64,000 nucleotides of DNA from an uncultured Thermoleophilia bacterium (GCA_963777565.1 CAVZQZ010000007.1:55209-119208), one strand, 5' to 3'; positions 39,393 to 49,677 are shown, numbered from the stretch's first letter. The notes: generated by a model not told the origin, from the sequence alone. Numbers and translations: made by a program.

Positions 39393-40283
39393 GTGGTCGT
39401 CGTTGGTGTGGATGTTGGAGGCACGAAGATCGCGGGCGCGTTGATGGCCCGTGACAGTTCGCCGTTGGCATCCGTGACCCTCCCCACGCCGGTCGCCGGA
39501 GCCGAGCTGCTCGACGCCGTCGTCGAGCTCGTCACCGGCCTTCGCGCCCGGTCCGAAGAGCCCCTCGTCGCGGTCGGCGTCGGGCTTCCGTCGCTCATCG
39601 ACGCGCCGACCGGGCGGGTGCGGATGAGCGCCAACATCGACCTCGCCGAGGTCGACGTGCGTTCGACCCTCGCCGAGCGGCTGGGCGTGCCGGTCGCCAT
39701 CGACAACGACGGGAACGTCGCCGTGCTGGCCGAGCATCGCGTGGGCGCCGGCGTGGGGCACGACGACGTGATCATGCTCACCGTCGGGACCGGTGTCGGC
39801 GGCGGCGTCGTCGCGGCCGGCAGGGTCTTCCGGGGCGGGCGCGGCACCGGCGCGGAGCTCGGCCACATCGTGGTGCAGGCCGACGGCCCCCCCTGCCAGC
39901 GCAACTGCCCGAACCACGGATGCCTCGAGACGATGGCCAGCGGCACCGCGATCGCTCGAGACGCCGGCGTGTCGGCCAAGGAGGTCGTGCAGCTCGCCCA
40001 ATCCGGCGACACGACGGCGCGCGCGATCCTCGACCGCGCCGGCCGCTATCTCGGGGTGGGGCTGGCGAGCCTCGCGAACATCTTCAACCCGAGCGCATTC
40101 CTGATCGGGGGCGGCGTCGGTACGGCCGGCGACCTGCTGATCGTCCCGGCGCGCGAAGAGTACCGGGCGCGGGCGCTGCCGCCGAACGCGGGCGCGGAGG
40201 TCGCCGCCGCCGCCCTCGGGCCCACCGCCGGGACGATCGGCGCCGGCCTGCTCGCCTGGGAGTTCGCCGACCACCATGCCTGA
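39393..40283 (+). CDS. ROK family sugar kinase (glucokinase / possibly polyphosphate-glucokinase type)
   Basis: Reads VVVGVDVGGTKIAG, DNDGNVAVLAE, GTGVGGGVV, and the Zn motif GHIVV...C..NCPNHGCLE. Confidence 0.85.
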   Translation: MVVVGVDVGGTKIAGALMARDSSPLASVTLPTPVAGAELLDAVVELVTGLRARSEEPLVAVGVGLPSLIDAPTGRVRMSANIDLAEVDVRSTLAERLGVPVAIDNDGNVAVLAEHRVGAGVGHDDVIMLTVGTGVGGGVVAAGRVFRGGRGTGAELGHIVVQADGPPCQRNCPNHGCLETMASGTAIARDAGVSAKEVVQLAQSGDTTARAILDRAGRYLGVGLASLANIFNPSAFLIGGGVGTAGDLLIVPAREEYRARALPPNAGAEVAAAALGPTAGTIGAGLLAWEFADHHA

Positions 40284-41118
40284 CACGGGCACGGGGCGCC
40301 TCGTCGTGATCGCAACACCGATCGGCAACCTGGACGACCTCTCACCGCGCGCGGCCGCCGCCCTCGCCACGGCCGACCTCGTTGCCTGTGAAGACACCCG
40401 CCGCACCGCGACGCTGCTGCGTTACGCCGGTTCGACCGCTCCGATGCTCCCAGTGCATGAGCACAACGAAGCCGCACGCGGCGACGACCTCGTGCGACGG
40501 ATGCGGGACGGGGTCAGTGTCGCACTGGTGACCGACGCCGGCCTTCCCGCGGTCAGCGATCCCGGCGCACGGATCGTCCGCGCCGCGATCGACGCGGGCA
40601 TCGAGGTCACCGTCATCCCGGGCCCCAGCGCGGTCGAGGTCGCCCTGGTGGCGTCCGGCCTTCCCACCGAGCCCCACATGTTCGTCGGGTTCCTACCACG
40701 TCGGCCGGCCGAGCGGGCCCGGCTGTTCGAGCGGCTCGAGGGGTGGCCCGGAAGCGTCGTCGCGTTCGAGAGCCCGAACCGGCTCGGCCGCTCGCTCGCC
40801 GACCTGGCCGCTGCCGATGCCGATCGCGAGGTCGCCGTGTGCCGCGAGCTGACCAAGCTGCACGAGGAGATCGTGCGGGGCACCGCCGCCGACCTGGCGG
40901 AGCGCTTCGCGGGGCCCGTCAAGGGCGAGGTCACCGTCGTGATCGGACCGTCGCGATCCACCCCGGTCGAGCGGGACGTCGAGCAGGCGATCAACGTGCT
41001 GCTCGAGGCGGGACTCACCCCGGCCAAGGCGGCCGAGGTCGCCGCCGCCCTTAGTGTGGCCCCGCGGAACGTCGCCTACCGGGCGGCGGTGGCGGCGGCC
41101 AAGCGCACCGACAGATAG
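40276..41118 (+). CDS. rsmI: 16S rRNA (cytidine1402-2'-O)-methyltransferase RsmI
   Basis: Reads LVVIATPIGNLDDLSPRA...LVACEDTRRT...SDPGARIV...IPGPSA...FESPNRL...CRELTKLHEE. Confidence 0.85.
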   Translation: MPDTGTGRLVVIATPIGNLDDLSPRAAAALATADLVACEDTRRTATLLRYAGSTAPMLPVHEHNEAARGDDLVRRMRDGVSVALVTDAGLPAVSDPGARIVRAAIDAGIEVTVIPGPSAVEVALVASGLPTEPHMFVGFLPRRPAERARLFERLEGWPGSVVAFESPNRLGRSLADLAAADADREVAVCRELTKLHEEIVRGTAADLAERFAGPVKGEVTVVIGPSRSTPVERDVEQAINVLLEAGLTPAKAAEVAAALSVAPRNVAYRAAVAAAKRTDR

Positions 41119-41603
41119 GCGGCGTCGGGGACGAAGCCCGCCGGAGCCTCGCGCGCGATCCGCTCCAGGCGCTCCGAATCGGCGAGCACCCTGGCACGGG
41201 CGATCTGCTCCTCCACGGGAGCCACCGACACCGTGCGTCCACCGATCGTCACGGGCCGGGCCGACAGACGCAGCAGCGCGAAGTCGGCGTCCAGCGTCCC
41301 GGCCGGCCCGCGGAGCGTGAGTCCCCCGGTGAGGTCGACCTCGTGACCGGCGAACCGTCCGTTCGCACGGACCGAGCTGGCGCGGTCGTCGGTCGAACAG
41401 CCCGCGTCAATGCCGATCGCCGCGGCCGCGCGCGGTACCTGCCCCTCGGGGAGCTCGATATCGAGATCGCGGGGGGTGGCGCCGAATCCGAGCAGCGCAC
41501 GTGCCGTCGAGCCGGTGACGAGCCAGTCGACGCCGACCTCGTCAAGCCGCGTGGCGAGGGCGATCAGGGTGCGTTCGAGCTCGGGAGGGAGGGAAGAGGG
41601 CAC
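41076..41603 (-). CDS. Nucleotidyltransferase-fold protein (hypothetical)
   Basis: 175 aa. WLVTGSTARALLGFGATPRDLDIE fits the GS...D-x-D NTase motif. Overlaps the rsmI 3' end convergently by 43 nt. Confidence 0.5.
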   Translation of the reverse strand: MPSSLPPELERTLIALATRLDEVGVDWLVTGSTARALLGFGATPRDLDIELPEGQVPRAAAAIGIDAGCSTDDRASSVRANGRFAGHEVDLTGGLTLRGPAGTLDADFALLRLSARPVTIGGRTVSVAPVEEQIARARVLADSERLERIAREAPAGFVPDAAYLSVRLAAATAAR

Positions 41604-41620
41604 CGGTAGACTTCCGTGAG

Positions 41621-43144
41621 ATGAGCGGCCGTTTCTACGTCACGACCCCGATCTACTACGTGAACGCAGAGCCGCACGTCGGTCACGCGTACACCACGAT
41701 CATGGCCGACATCCTCGCCCGTCACCACCGCCAACTCGGCGACGACACGTTCTTCCTGACCGGGACCGACGAGCACGGCGACAAGATCGCGCGCGCGGCG
41801 GAGGCCCTCGGGCGGACCCCGAAGGAGCACACGGACGTGATCTCCACCCGGTTCCGGGAGCTGTGGGGAACGTTCGGGTTGTCGAACGACTTCTTCATTC
41901 GCACCACCGACCCGGAGCACTCGGCCGGCGTGCAGTCGGTGCTCGAGCGCATCTACGAGGCCGGTGACATCTACAAGGGGTCCTACGGCGGGTGGTACTG
42001 CACGTCGTGCGAGGCGTTCTACTCGGAGGACGACCTGCTCGAGGGGCGCAACTGCCCGGAGCATCGCCGCCCGGTGGAATGGGTCGAGGAGGAGAACTGG
42101 TTCTTCCGGCTGTCCGCCTACCGCGACCGGCTGCTCGCGCTGTACGACGCGAACCCGACCTTCGTACGTCCGCCGCACCGGCTCAACGAGGCGCGACGCA
42201 TCGCGGAGGCCGTCGAGGACATCTCCATCTCGCGGGCCAACGTGACCTGGGGGGTACCCGTGCCGTGGGATCCGGCTCACGTCGTGTACGTGTGGGTCGA
42301 CGCGCTGCTGAACTACTACACGGCCCCGTCCTACGCGCGGCCGGGACAGGACCTCACCTCCACTCTGTGGCCCCCCGACCTGCAGCTCCTCGCGAAGGAC
42401 ATCCTCAAGTTTCACGCGGTGATCTGGCCTGCGTTGCTCATGGCTGCCGGCCTCGAGCCGCCACGGGGCCTTTTCATCCACGGCTACGTGCTCAAGGGCG
42501 GCGAGCGGCTGTCGAAGACGACCGGCAACCTTGTCGACCCGCTGCCATACGTCGAGCGGTACGGCATCGACGCGCTGCGCTGGTACCTCGCCCGCGAGAT
42601 CCGCTTCGGCGAGGATGGGACCTTCAGCGACGAGGGCTTCGACGCGCGCTACCACGGAGAGCTCGCGAACGAGTTCGGCAACCTCCTCAACCGGACCGTC
42701 GCCATGATCGGCCGCTACCGCGACGGGGTCGTGCCCACGGATGCCGGCGGCGACGCTGCGCTGGCGGCCGAGGTGGGCGAACGGGTCGCGGCGGTGACCG
42801 CGGCGTTCGAGCGGGTCGACATCACCGGAGCGGCCGAGGAGGCCTGGCGGCTCGTGCGACGCCTCAATCAGCTGGTGGAGGAGCGAACCCCCTGGGTGCT
42901 CGCGAAGGATCCGGCGCGCGCGGCGGAGCTCGACCAGGCGCTCGCATCGCTGGCGGAGGGGTTGCGGATCGCGGCGATCCTGCTGTGGCCGTACATCCCG
43001 GGCTCCGCCGGCCGGGCCCTTGCGTCGCTCGGGCAGAGCGCCGACCAGCCCGCGCTCGCCGCCGCCGCCTGGGGCGCCGGCGCGGCACAGGCGCGCGCGG
43101 AGCCAGCCGGCCCGCTGTTTCCGCGCATCGAGCACGAGGAGTAG
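41621..43144 (+). CDS. metG: Methionine-tRNA ligase (short form)
   Basis: Reads FYVTTPIYYVNAEPHVGHAYTT (HIGH), with WYCTSCEAF in the connective peptide and a KMSKS-like LSKTTGN. Confidence 0.9.
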   Translation: MSGRFYVTTPIYYVNAEPHVGHAYTTIMADILARHHRQLGDDTFFLTGTDEHGDKIARAAEALGRTPKEHTDVISTRFRELWGTFGLSNDFFIRTTDPEHSAGVQSVLERIYEAGDIYKGSYGGWYCTSCEAFYSEDDLLEGRNCPEHRRPVEWVEEENWFFRLSAYRDRLLALYDANPTFVRPPHRLNEARRIAEAVEDISISRANVTWGVPVPWDPAHVVYVWVDALLNYYTAPSYARPGQDLTSTLWPPDLQLLAKDILKFHAVIWPALLMAAGLEPPRGLFIHGYVLKGGERLSKTTGNLVDPLPYVERYGIDALRWYLAREIRFGEDGTFSDEGFDARYHGELANEFGNLLNRTVAMIGRYRDGVVPTDAGGDAALAAEVGERVAAVTAAFERVDITGAAEEAWRLVRRLNQLVEERTPWVLAKDPARAAELDQALASLAEGLRIAAILLWPYIPGSAGRALASLGQSADQPALAAAAWGAGAAQARAEPAGPLFPRIEHEE

Positions 43145-43147
43145 GCC

Positions 43148-43898
43148 ACGGTCGACTCCCACACGCACCTGGCCTCGTGCGACGCGCCGGTCGGCGACCT
43201 CGTCGCGGAGGCGCTCGACGCCGGCGTGGAGCGCATCGTCACCATTGGCTGCGGCAGGGCGTCGAGCGAGCATGCCGTCGAGCTGACGCTCCAATTCCCC
43301 GAGGTCTACGCGGCGATCGGCGTGCACCCCCATGACGCCGACGGCTTCCGCCGGGCCGACGAGGAGTGGATGCGGCGGGCTGGCCGAGCAGCCGAAGGTC
43401 GTCGCGATCGGGGAGTGCGGCCTGGACTACCACCGCGACAATGCCACCCGTGAGGGTCAGATGCGGGCCTTCGTCACGCAGATCGGCCTCGCCCGCGAGC
43501 TCGACCTGCCGCTCGTGATCCACACGCGCGACGCCGACGACGACACGCTCGCGGTCCTGGCGCGCGAGGCCGAGGGGCACCCGGTGATCCTGCACTGCTT
43601 CAGCATGGTCGGCCGCGTGGACGAGGTCATGGAGCGCGGCTACCTCACGAGCTTCGCCGGCCAGGTGACCTATCCCACCGCGACCGACCTCCAGGATGCG
43701 GCACGCCGCATCCCGCCGGAGCATCTGCTCGTCGAGACCGACGCGCCGTATCTCTCGCCGGTCCCCCGTCGCGGCCGTCCGAACCGTCCCGCCAACGTCG
43801 CCCACACCCTGCGGTTCCTGGCCGAGCTTCGCGGAGAGGAGGCCGAGTCGCTGGATGCCATCACCACCGCCAACGCCGCCAGAGTCTTCGGCTGGTAG
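43148..43898 (+). pseudogene. tatD: TatD-family metal-dependent hydrolase, interrupted by one +1 frameshift and lacking a canonical start
   Basis: The metG frame immediately after its TAG reads TVDSHTHLASCD...AIGVHPHDADGFRRADEEWMRR. The next frame continues LAEQPKVVAIGECGLDYHRD...VIHTRDA...ILHCFS...ETDAPYL. The switch is at ~43375-43382, in the run cggcgggc. Confidence 0.7.
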
Positions 43899-44715
43899 CC
43901 CCGACCGGGTCGGCACCGCGCGCCTGCTCCAGGCGCACGGCCTGCGACCCGATACGGAGCTCGGTCAGCACTTCCTCCTGGACGAGAACCTCGCCGACCT
44001 GGCGGTGCGCCAGGCGCGGGTCGGTCCCGAGGACGTGGTGCTCGAGGTCGGCGCCGGCGTCGGCACCCTGACCGTCGCGATCGCCCGCGCCGCCCGCTTC
44101 GTGCACACCATCGAGATCGACATCAGGCTCGAGCCGGTACTGCGCGACGCGCTCACCGGCATCGACAACGTCGCGATCCACTGGGCGGACGTCCTCGCCG
44201 CGAACCTGGAGGCACTCGACCCGGCGCCGACGCGAATGGTCGCGAACCTCCCGTATGCCATCGCGACGCCGATCGTGCTGGAGTCGCTCTGGCGGCTCCC
44301 CGAGATCGACGTCTGGACCGTGATGGTCCAGCGCGAGGTGGCCGACCGCTGGCTTGCGCCGGTGGGGTCGGCGGCGTACGGCGGGCCGACCGTGCTCCTG
44401 CGACTCGCGACCAGGTCGTTCTTCATGCGTGGCGTCGGGCCGCAGGTGTTCACACCCAGGCCGCGGGTGGAGTCGGCCATCGTCGGGTTGGAGCGGACCG
44501 GTCCCGGGCCGGCGCCGCCGGTGCGCAGCCTCGTGCACGCCGCCTTCGCGCAACGACGAAAGACGCTGGTCAACGCACTCGGCGCCGCCGGGGCCGACAA
44601 GGCGGCGGTCGCGGCTGCCCTCGTTGCCAGGGGAATCGCACCGACCGCCAGGGCGCAGGAGCTGCCCCCGGAGGTCTATCCAGAGCTCACGCGGGAGCTC
44701 GCGTGGACCACCTGA
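43855..44715 (+). CDS. rsmA: 16S rRNA (adenine1518/1519-N6)-dimethyltransferase RsmA/KsgA
   Basis: Reads LGQHFLLDENL, VLEVGAGVGTLT, ANLPYAIATPI. An ATG at 43855 was chosen (overlaps the tatD end); the start is uncertain. Confidence 0.8.
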   Translation: MPSPPPTPPESSAGSPDRVGTARLLQAHGLRPDTELGQHFLLDENLADLAVRQARVGPEDVVLEVGAGVGTLTVAIARAARFVHTIEIDIRLEPVLRDALTGIDNVAIHWADVLAANLEALDPAPTRMVANLPYAIATPIVLESLWRLPEIDVWTVMVQREVADRWLAPVGSAAYGGPTVLLRLATRSFFMRGVGPQVFTPRPRVESAIVGLERTGPGPAPPVRSLVHAAFAQRRKTLVNALGAAGADKAAVAAALVARGIAPTARAQELPPEVYPELTRELAWTT

Positions 44716-45539
44716 CGTTGACGGCTCCCGCCAAGCTCAACCTGCGGCTGCTCGTCGGGCCCGCAGGGGCGGACGGATACCACCCGATCCGGTCGCTGCT
44801 GGTGGCGCTCGACGGGTTGAGCGACACGATCACGATCACGCGGGCGGACGAGCGCGTGGTGCGCTGCCCCGGGCTCGACGGCCCCGCCAACCTCGCCTGG
44901 CAGGCGCTCGACGCCCTCGAGCGCGCCGTCGGGCGGCCCGTCAGCTGTGCGGTCGACATCGCCAAGCGCATACCCGCGCAGGCCGGCCTCGGCGGAGGGT
45001 CGAGCGACGCGGCGATCACCCTGTGCGGCGCGAACCGGCTGCTGGGCCTCGGCCTCGACGAGGGCGCGCTCGAGGCGGTCGCGGCGCAGGTCGGATCCGA
45101 CGTGCCGTTCTTCATCCGGGGCGGCGCGCAGTGGGCCACGGGACGCGGTGAACGGCTCACGCCCGCCCGGACCCCCGCCTTCGTCGCGCTGATCGCCGCG
45201 CCCCCGTTCGGGCTCTCGACGGCCGACGTCTACCGCGCCTTCGATGACGGGCCGCCACCCTTCCCGGACGACGGGGTGGAGGCGCCCGAGGGCATGCCGG
45301 AGCTGGCGGACTGGGTTCGGAATGACCTCTGGCTTGCCGCCGCGAGCCTGCAGCCGGCGCTCCACCGGCTGACCGCCGAACTGCTGAACGCCAGGGCGCA
45401 CGCTGCCCTCCTGTGCGGCAGCGGGGCCGCCCTGGCCGGGCTCTACACGTCGCCCGAGTCCGCTCGCCGCGGCGTCGCGGCACTCGGGGCCGCCGCGCCT
45501 GACGTCCGCTGCTGGGTGACCACGCCCTCGCGCGCCTGA
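44703..45539 (+). CDS. ispE: 4-diphosphocytidyl-2-C-methyl-D-erythritol kinase
   Basis: Reads APAKLNLRLLVG...DGYHPIRSL...IPAQAGLGGGSSDAA, a GHMP kinase. GTG start. Confidence 0.85.
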   Translation: MDHLTLTAPAKLNLRLLVGPAGADGYHPIRSLLVALDGLSDTITITRADERVVRCPGLDGPANLAWQALDALERAVGRPVSCAVDIAKRIPAQAGLGGGSSDAAITLCGANRLLGLGLDEGALEAVAAQVGSDVPFFIRGGAQWATGRGERLTPARTPAFVALIAAPPFGLSTADVYRAFDDGPPPFPDDGVEAPEGMPELADWVRNDLWLAAASLQPALHRLTAELLNARAHAALLCGSGAALAGLYTSPESARRGVAALGAAAPDVRCWVTTPSRA

Positions 45540-45586
45540 CCCTGCCTCCACCACGGTGCGCGGGGCTGGCGCTACACTCGGAACAC

Positions 45587-45961
45587 GTGAACCATCCCGT
45601 CATCACCATCGAGGACCCGTCGGGGCTCCCCGGGCGGAACGGTCCGAATTGGCTGCAGGGGCGACGACTCATGATCGCCGCCGGCATCGCGATCGCCGAG
45701 GTCGTGATCTATCTCCTGCTCGATCCGTCCCGTTGGCTGGGCATCCTGCTCGTCGGCGCGATCCTGGCCGCGTGCATCGCCCTGTCCGGGCGCATGAGGC
45801 CGGGGGTCGGTCGCGACCTGGTGCTCATCGCCGGCCTCGCACAGGCGATGGTCATCGCGCTGCCGGTCCTCGTGGGCTTCGTGACGCTCGTCGTCGCCGC
45901 GCTCCTCGTGCTCCTGGTCATCGCCGTGTTCGTGGTCATCGGACTTCGCTTCCGCCGCTGA
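45587..45961 (+). CDS. Membrane protein (hypothetical, 3-4 TM)
   Basis: 124-aa ORF, highly hydrophobic (LMIAAGIAIAEVVIYLLL and VTLVVAALLVLLVIAVFVVIGL). Confidence 0.5.
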   Translation: MNHPVITIEDPSGLPGRNGPNWLQGRRLMIAAGIAIAEVVIYLLLDPSRWLGILLVGAILAACIALSGRMRPGVGRDLVLIAGLAQAMVIALPVLVGFVTLVVAALLVLLVIAVFVVIGLRFRR

Positions 45962-45978
45962 TCGTCGCCGCCCCCGCG

Positions 45979-47463
45979 GTGCCGCCGCCTCCGCCTCAAT
46001 ACGCGCTCGCCACCCTGCGCCCCGGCGCATCGCCTGCGCTGCTCGGCGACGGCGCCGAACGCCTCCTGCCGGGGTCACGCACGTTTCTCGTCCGGTTGGG
46101 GACCGGCACGACGCTCGCCGGGCTGCGCCGACTGTCCGGGGTGGCCGCCGTCGAGCCGGACCGCGTGCGCACCCGCACCGGGCGGGTCGACCCGCTCATT
46201 CCGCAGCAGACCTACCTGCGCCAGATCGTCTGGACGCCGCCGACTGGCCGCCGCCGCCCGCTCGTCGCCGTCCTCGACACCGGTGTCGACGGGGCGTCTC
46301 GTGATCTTCGCGACCAGATCGTCACCGGCTTCGCGCGGTCCTTCATCGACGACTCTCCCGCGCTCAACGACCGGTCGGGGCACGGGACGCACGTCGCGGG
46401 GATCATCGCGGCCACGGCCGGCAACGGCGTTGGCGTGGCCGGGGTGGCGAACGCGCGGCTCTTGATCGTCAAGGTCGCCGATGCGCAGGGTCGCGCCACG
46501 ACGTCGACGCTGGTGCGCGGCATCCGGTATGCGGTCGCCCGAGGCGCGCGCATCATCAACCTCTCGTTCGGCGGCGCGGGCTACTCGGAGCTCGAGCAGA
46601 ACACGATCCTCGAGGCGCGGCGCGCGGGTGCCCTGGTGATCGCGGCGGCCGGCAACTCCGGCGGCGTCGGCAGCCCGCGCGAGTACCCCGGCGCGTACCG
46701 GCACGTGCTCACCGTCGCGGCGGCCAGAGCCGACGGCAGTGCCATCATCGACTCGACACGGGGTCCACAGGTCGCGATCGCCGCACCCGGCAAGCGCGTG
46801 TTCTCGACGCTCCCGAACGGCCGGTACGGGCGGCGGACCGGAACCTCGATGGCCGCCGCCGTGGTGTCGGGCGCGGCAGCCAGGCTGCTCGCCGCCCGCC
46901 CGGGGCTCGATGCCTCGCAGCTGCGGTCCCTCCTGCTGGACCACGCCCGCGACGTCGCCACCCCCGGACGCGACGACGCCACCGGATGGGGGCTGCTCGA
47001 CCTGCGCGCGGCGCTCACGGCTCCGACCCCACGGCGGGACAGCGCCGAACCGAACGACGATCCCGCCCTCGCCCGGCGTCTGCCGGAGCTCGATCCGGGC
47101 GTGGCGACGGGGGAGGTGGCGGTCGAGGGAAGCGTGGAGCAGTGGGCGGACCCAAAGGACGACTACCGCGTCCGCCTCGGCGCCGGCGATTCCCTCGAGC
47201 TCGACGTCCACAGCCTGGCCGACCAGGACCTCGACCTGCTGATCTGGCGGCCGGACGCGCCGGCCTTCGCGCCCGGAGGGGCCTATGCGCGCCGATGGCT
47301 CGCGGCGGCCGCGCTCGGCCCTGGGACCTCCGAGGTGCTGCGGTACACGGCGACGCAGGCGGGCGTCCACACCGTCGAGGTGCGGGGAGCGTCGGGGCGC
47401 GGGCGGTACCGGCTGATCGTCCGCAGGATCGCGGCGCCGCCGGTGCTCCCGCCGGTTCCCTGA
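45979..47463 (+). CDS. Subtilisin-like (S8) serine peptidase with a C-terminal PPC-like beta domain
   Basis: The catalytic triad contexts are VAVLDTGVD, GHGTHVAGIIA and GTSMAAAVVSGAAA. The start is uncertain (GTG at 45979) and no signal peptide is visible from that start. Confidence 0.7.
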   Translation: MPPPPPQYALATLRPGASPALLGDGAERLLPGSRTFLVRLGTGTTLAGLRRLSGVAAVEPDRVRTRTGRVDPLIPQQTYLRQIVWTPPTGRRRPLVAVLDTGVDGASRDLRDQIVTGFARSFIDDSPALNDRSGHGTHVAGIIAATAGNGVGVAGVANARLLIVKVADAQGRATTSTLVRGIRYAVARGARIINLSFGGAGYSELEQNTILEARRAGALVIAAAGNSGGVGSPREYPGAYRHVLTVAAARADGSAIIDSTRGPQVAIAAPGKRVFSTLPNGRYGRRTGTSMAAAVVSGAAARLLAARPGLDASQLRSLLLDHARDVATPGRDDATGWGLLDLRAALTAPTPRRDSAEPNDDPALARRLPELDPGVATGEVAVEGSVEQWADPKDDYRVRLGAGDSLELDVHSLADQDLDLLIWRPDAPAFAPGGAYARRWLAAAALGPGTSEVLRYTATQAGVHTVEVRGASGRGRYRLIVRRIAAPPVLPPVP

Positions 47464-47541
47464 ACCGGACGCCGGTGAAAGTGGCGTTGCGGAAGCGTCA
47501 ACGAACGTGCCCCGCCGCGCCTCCTGCGCAAGAATGGGAGG

Positions 47542-49677
47542 ATGGAGACGGCACCGCAACGACGTCGGACCCGGCGAACCGCGAACGGCCCGAGCCTGGT
47601 CGACCCCGCGCTCTACATCAACCGTGAGCTCTCGTGGCTCGAGTTCAACGCACGGGTGCTCGCGCTCGCCGCCGATCCCGAGCTGCCGCTGTTCGAGCGC
47701 TGCAAGTTCCTGGCGATCTTCTCGAGCAATCTCGACGAGTTCTTCATGGTCCGGGTCGCCGGCCATCAGGACGCGCTCGAGGCGGGGCGCGCGCCGACCA
47801 CGCCGGACCAGCACCGGGCGCGACGAGGTGCTCGACCGCGTCGCGGAGCGCGCGTGCCGAGCTGATGGCCGAGCAGGGCCGCCTGTGGAAGGAGTCGATC
47901 CGCCCCGATCTCGCCGCGAGCCGGCATCGCGATCATGGCGCTCGCCGACCTCGACGCCCGAGCGGCCAAGCGCGTCGAGCTGATCTTCGACCGCGAGGTC
48001 TACCCGGTCCTCACGCCACTGGCCGTCGGACCGGGGCTGCCGTTCCCGTACATCTCCGGCCTGTCGCTCAACCTCGGCGCTGCGCGTACGCGACCCCGTG
48101 TCGGCGAGACGCCGGTTCGCGCGCGTCAAGGTGCCACCGCGGACTCCCGCGATTCATCCCGGTGCCCGGCGGCTTCGTCCCGATCGAGGACATCGTCCGG
48201 GAGCACGTCGAGCGGCTCTTCCCGGGGATGGAGGTCATCGACACCGTGCTCTTCCGCGTCACGCGCGACGCGGACTTCTCGATCTCGGACGAGTCCGACG
48301 ACCTGCTCGGCGCCGTCGAGGCACAGCTTCGCCGCCGACGGTTCGGCCACGTGGTGCGACTCGAGGTGGAGGAGCAGCGCCCCCGAGGCGATCGTTGGCC
48401 CAGCTCCGCGAGGCGCTCGAGGCTGGCACCCCGTGATACGTACCGCGATCTCGGCGATCGCTCGACTTCACCAGCGCTCTGGCAGCTCGCTCGAGCATGG
48501 ACGACGACCGGACCTGCGCGAGCCCGCGTGGGAGCCGCGCACCCGCCCGCGCCTCCGCGCCGAGGACGGCGAGTCGATCGACATGTTCGGCGTCATCCGC
48601 GCAGGGCGACGTGCTCGTGCATCACCCCTACGACGACTTCCAGACCAGCGTCGAGCGGTTCGTGGAGCAGGCCGTCGAGGATCCCGAACGTCCTCGCGAT
48701 CAAGCAGACCGTGTACCGCACGAGCGGCGACTCGCCGATCGTGCCGGCGCTGATGCGCGCCGCGGAGCAGGGCAAGCAGACCGTCTGCCTCGTGGAGCTG
48801 CAGGCCCGGTTCGACGAGGAGCGCAACATCCAGTGGGCGCGGGCTCTCGAGCGGTCCGGCGTGCACGTCGTCTACGGTCTCGTCGGGGCTGCAAGACCCA
48901 CGCCAAGCTCGCCCTGGTGGTTCGCCGCGAGGGCAAGCACGTGCGCCGCTACGTCCACATCGGCACCGGCAACTACAACCCGACCACCGCCCGCCTCTAC
49001 ACCGACCTCGGGCTCTTCACCTGCCGCGAGGACATCGCCGAGGACGTCGCCGACCTGTTCAACCACCTGACCGGTTTCGCGCGCTCGCCCGAGTACCGAA
49101 GAGTGCTCGTCGCGCCCGACTCGACTGCGCGACGGCATCGTCGGCGAGATCGAGCGGTCGCGGACGCGCACGCGCCGGGACGCCCGCGCGCGTCGTCATG
49201 AAGCTGAACTCGATCATCGACGGCGCCATCATCCAGGCGATCTACCGCGGCGTCGCAGGCCGGGGTGCCGGTCGATCTGATCGGTCCGCGGCATCCGCGG
49301 ACTGCGTCCCGGCGTGCCGGGCGTGAGCGACAACGTGCGCGTGATGTCGATCGTCGGGCGCTTCCTCGAGCACGCCCGCGATCTTCGCGTTCACCAGCGG
49401 CGACGAGACCCGCTACTGGATCGGCTCGGCCGACATGATGGCCCGCAACCTCGACAACCGCGTCGAGCTGCTCGCGCCGGTGGAGGATGCCACCGCCCAC
49501 GATGAGCTGGCGGCGATCCTGGAGGCCTGCCTCGGCGACAGCGCGCTCGCCTGGGCGCTCAGCCCGGATGGCGCCTGGAGCCGGGTCGAAGGTCCGCCCG
49601 ACGCGCCGCCGCGCAACAGCCAGGACGAGTTGATGGCCCGCGCCGCGGCCCGCCCTTCCGCCCCTTCCGCCGCGTAG
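47542..49677 (+). pseudogene. ppk: Polyphosphate kinase 1, disrupted by many (~19) single-nucleotide frame changes
   Basis: PPK1 sequence is recoverable only by hopping between ORFs 47542, 47634, 47935, 48098, 48497, 49314 and 49435. Examples: [16 protein letters not shown]...[19 protein letters not shown]; VYPVLTPLAVGPGLPFPYISGLSLNLG; RFIPVPGGFVPIEDIV...; [18 protein letters not shown]...; [14 protein letters not shown]...[22 protein letters not shown]; [11 protein letters not shown]; [19 protein letters not shown]. Confidence 0.8.
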
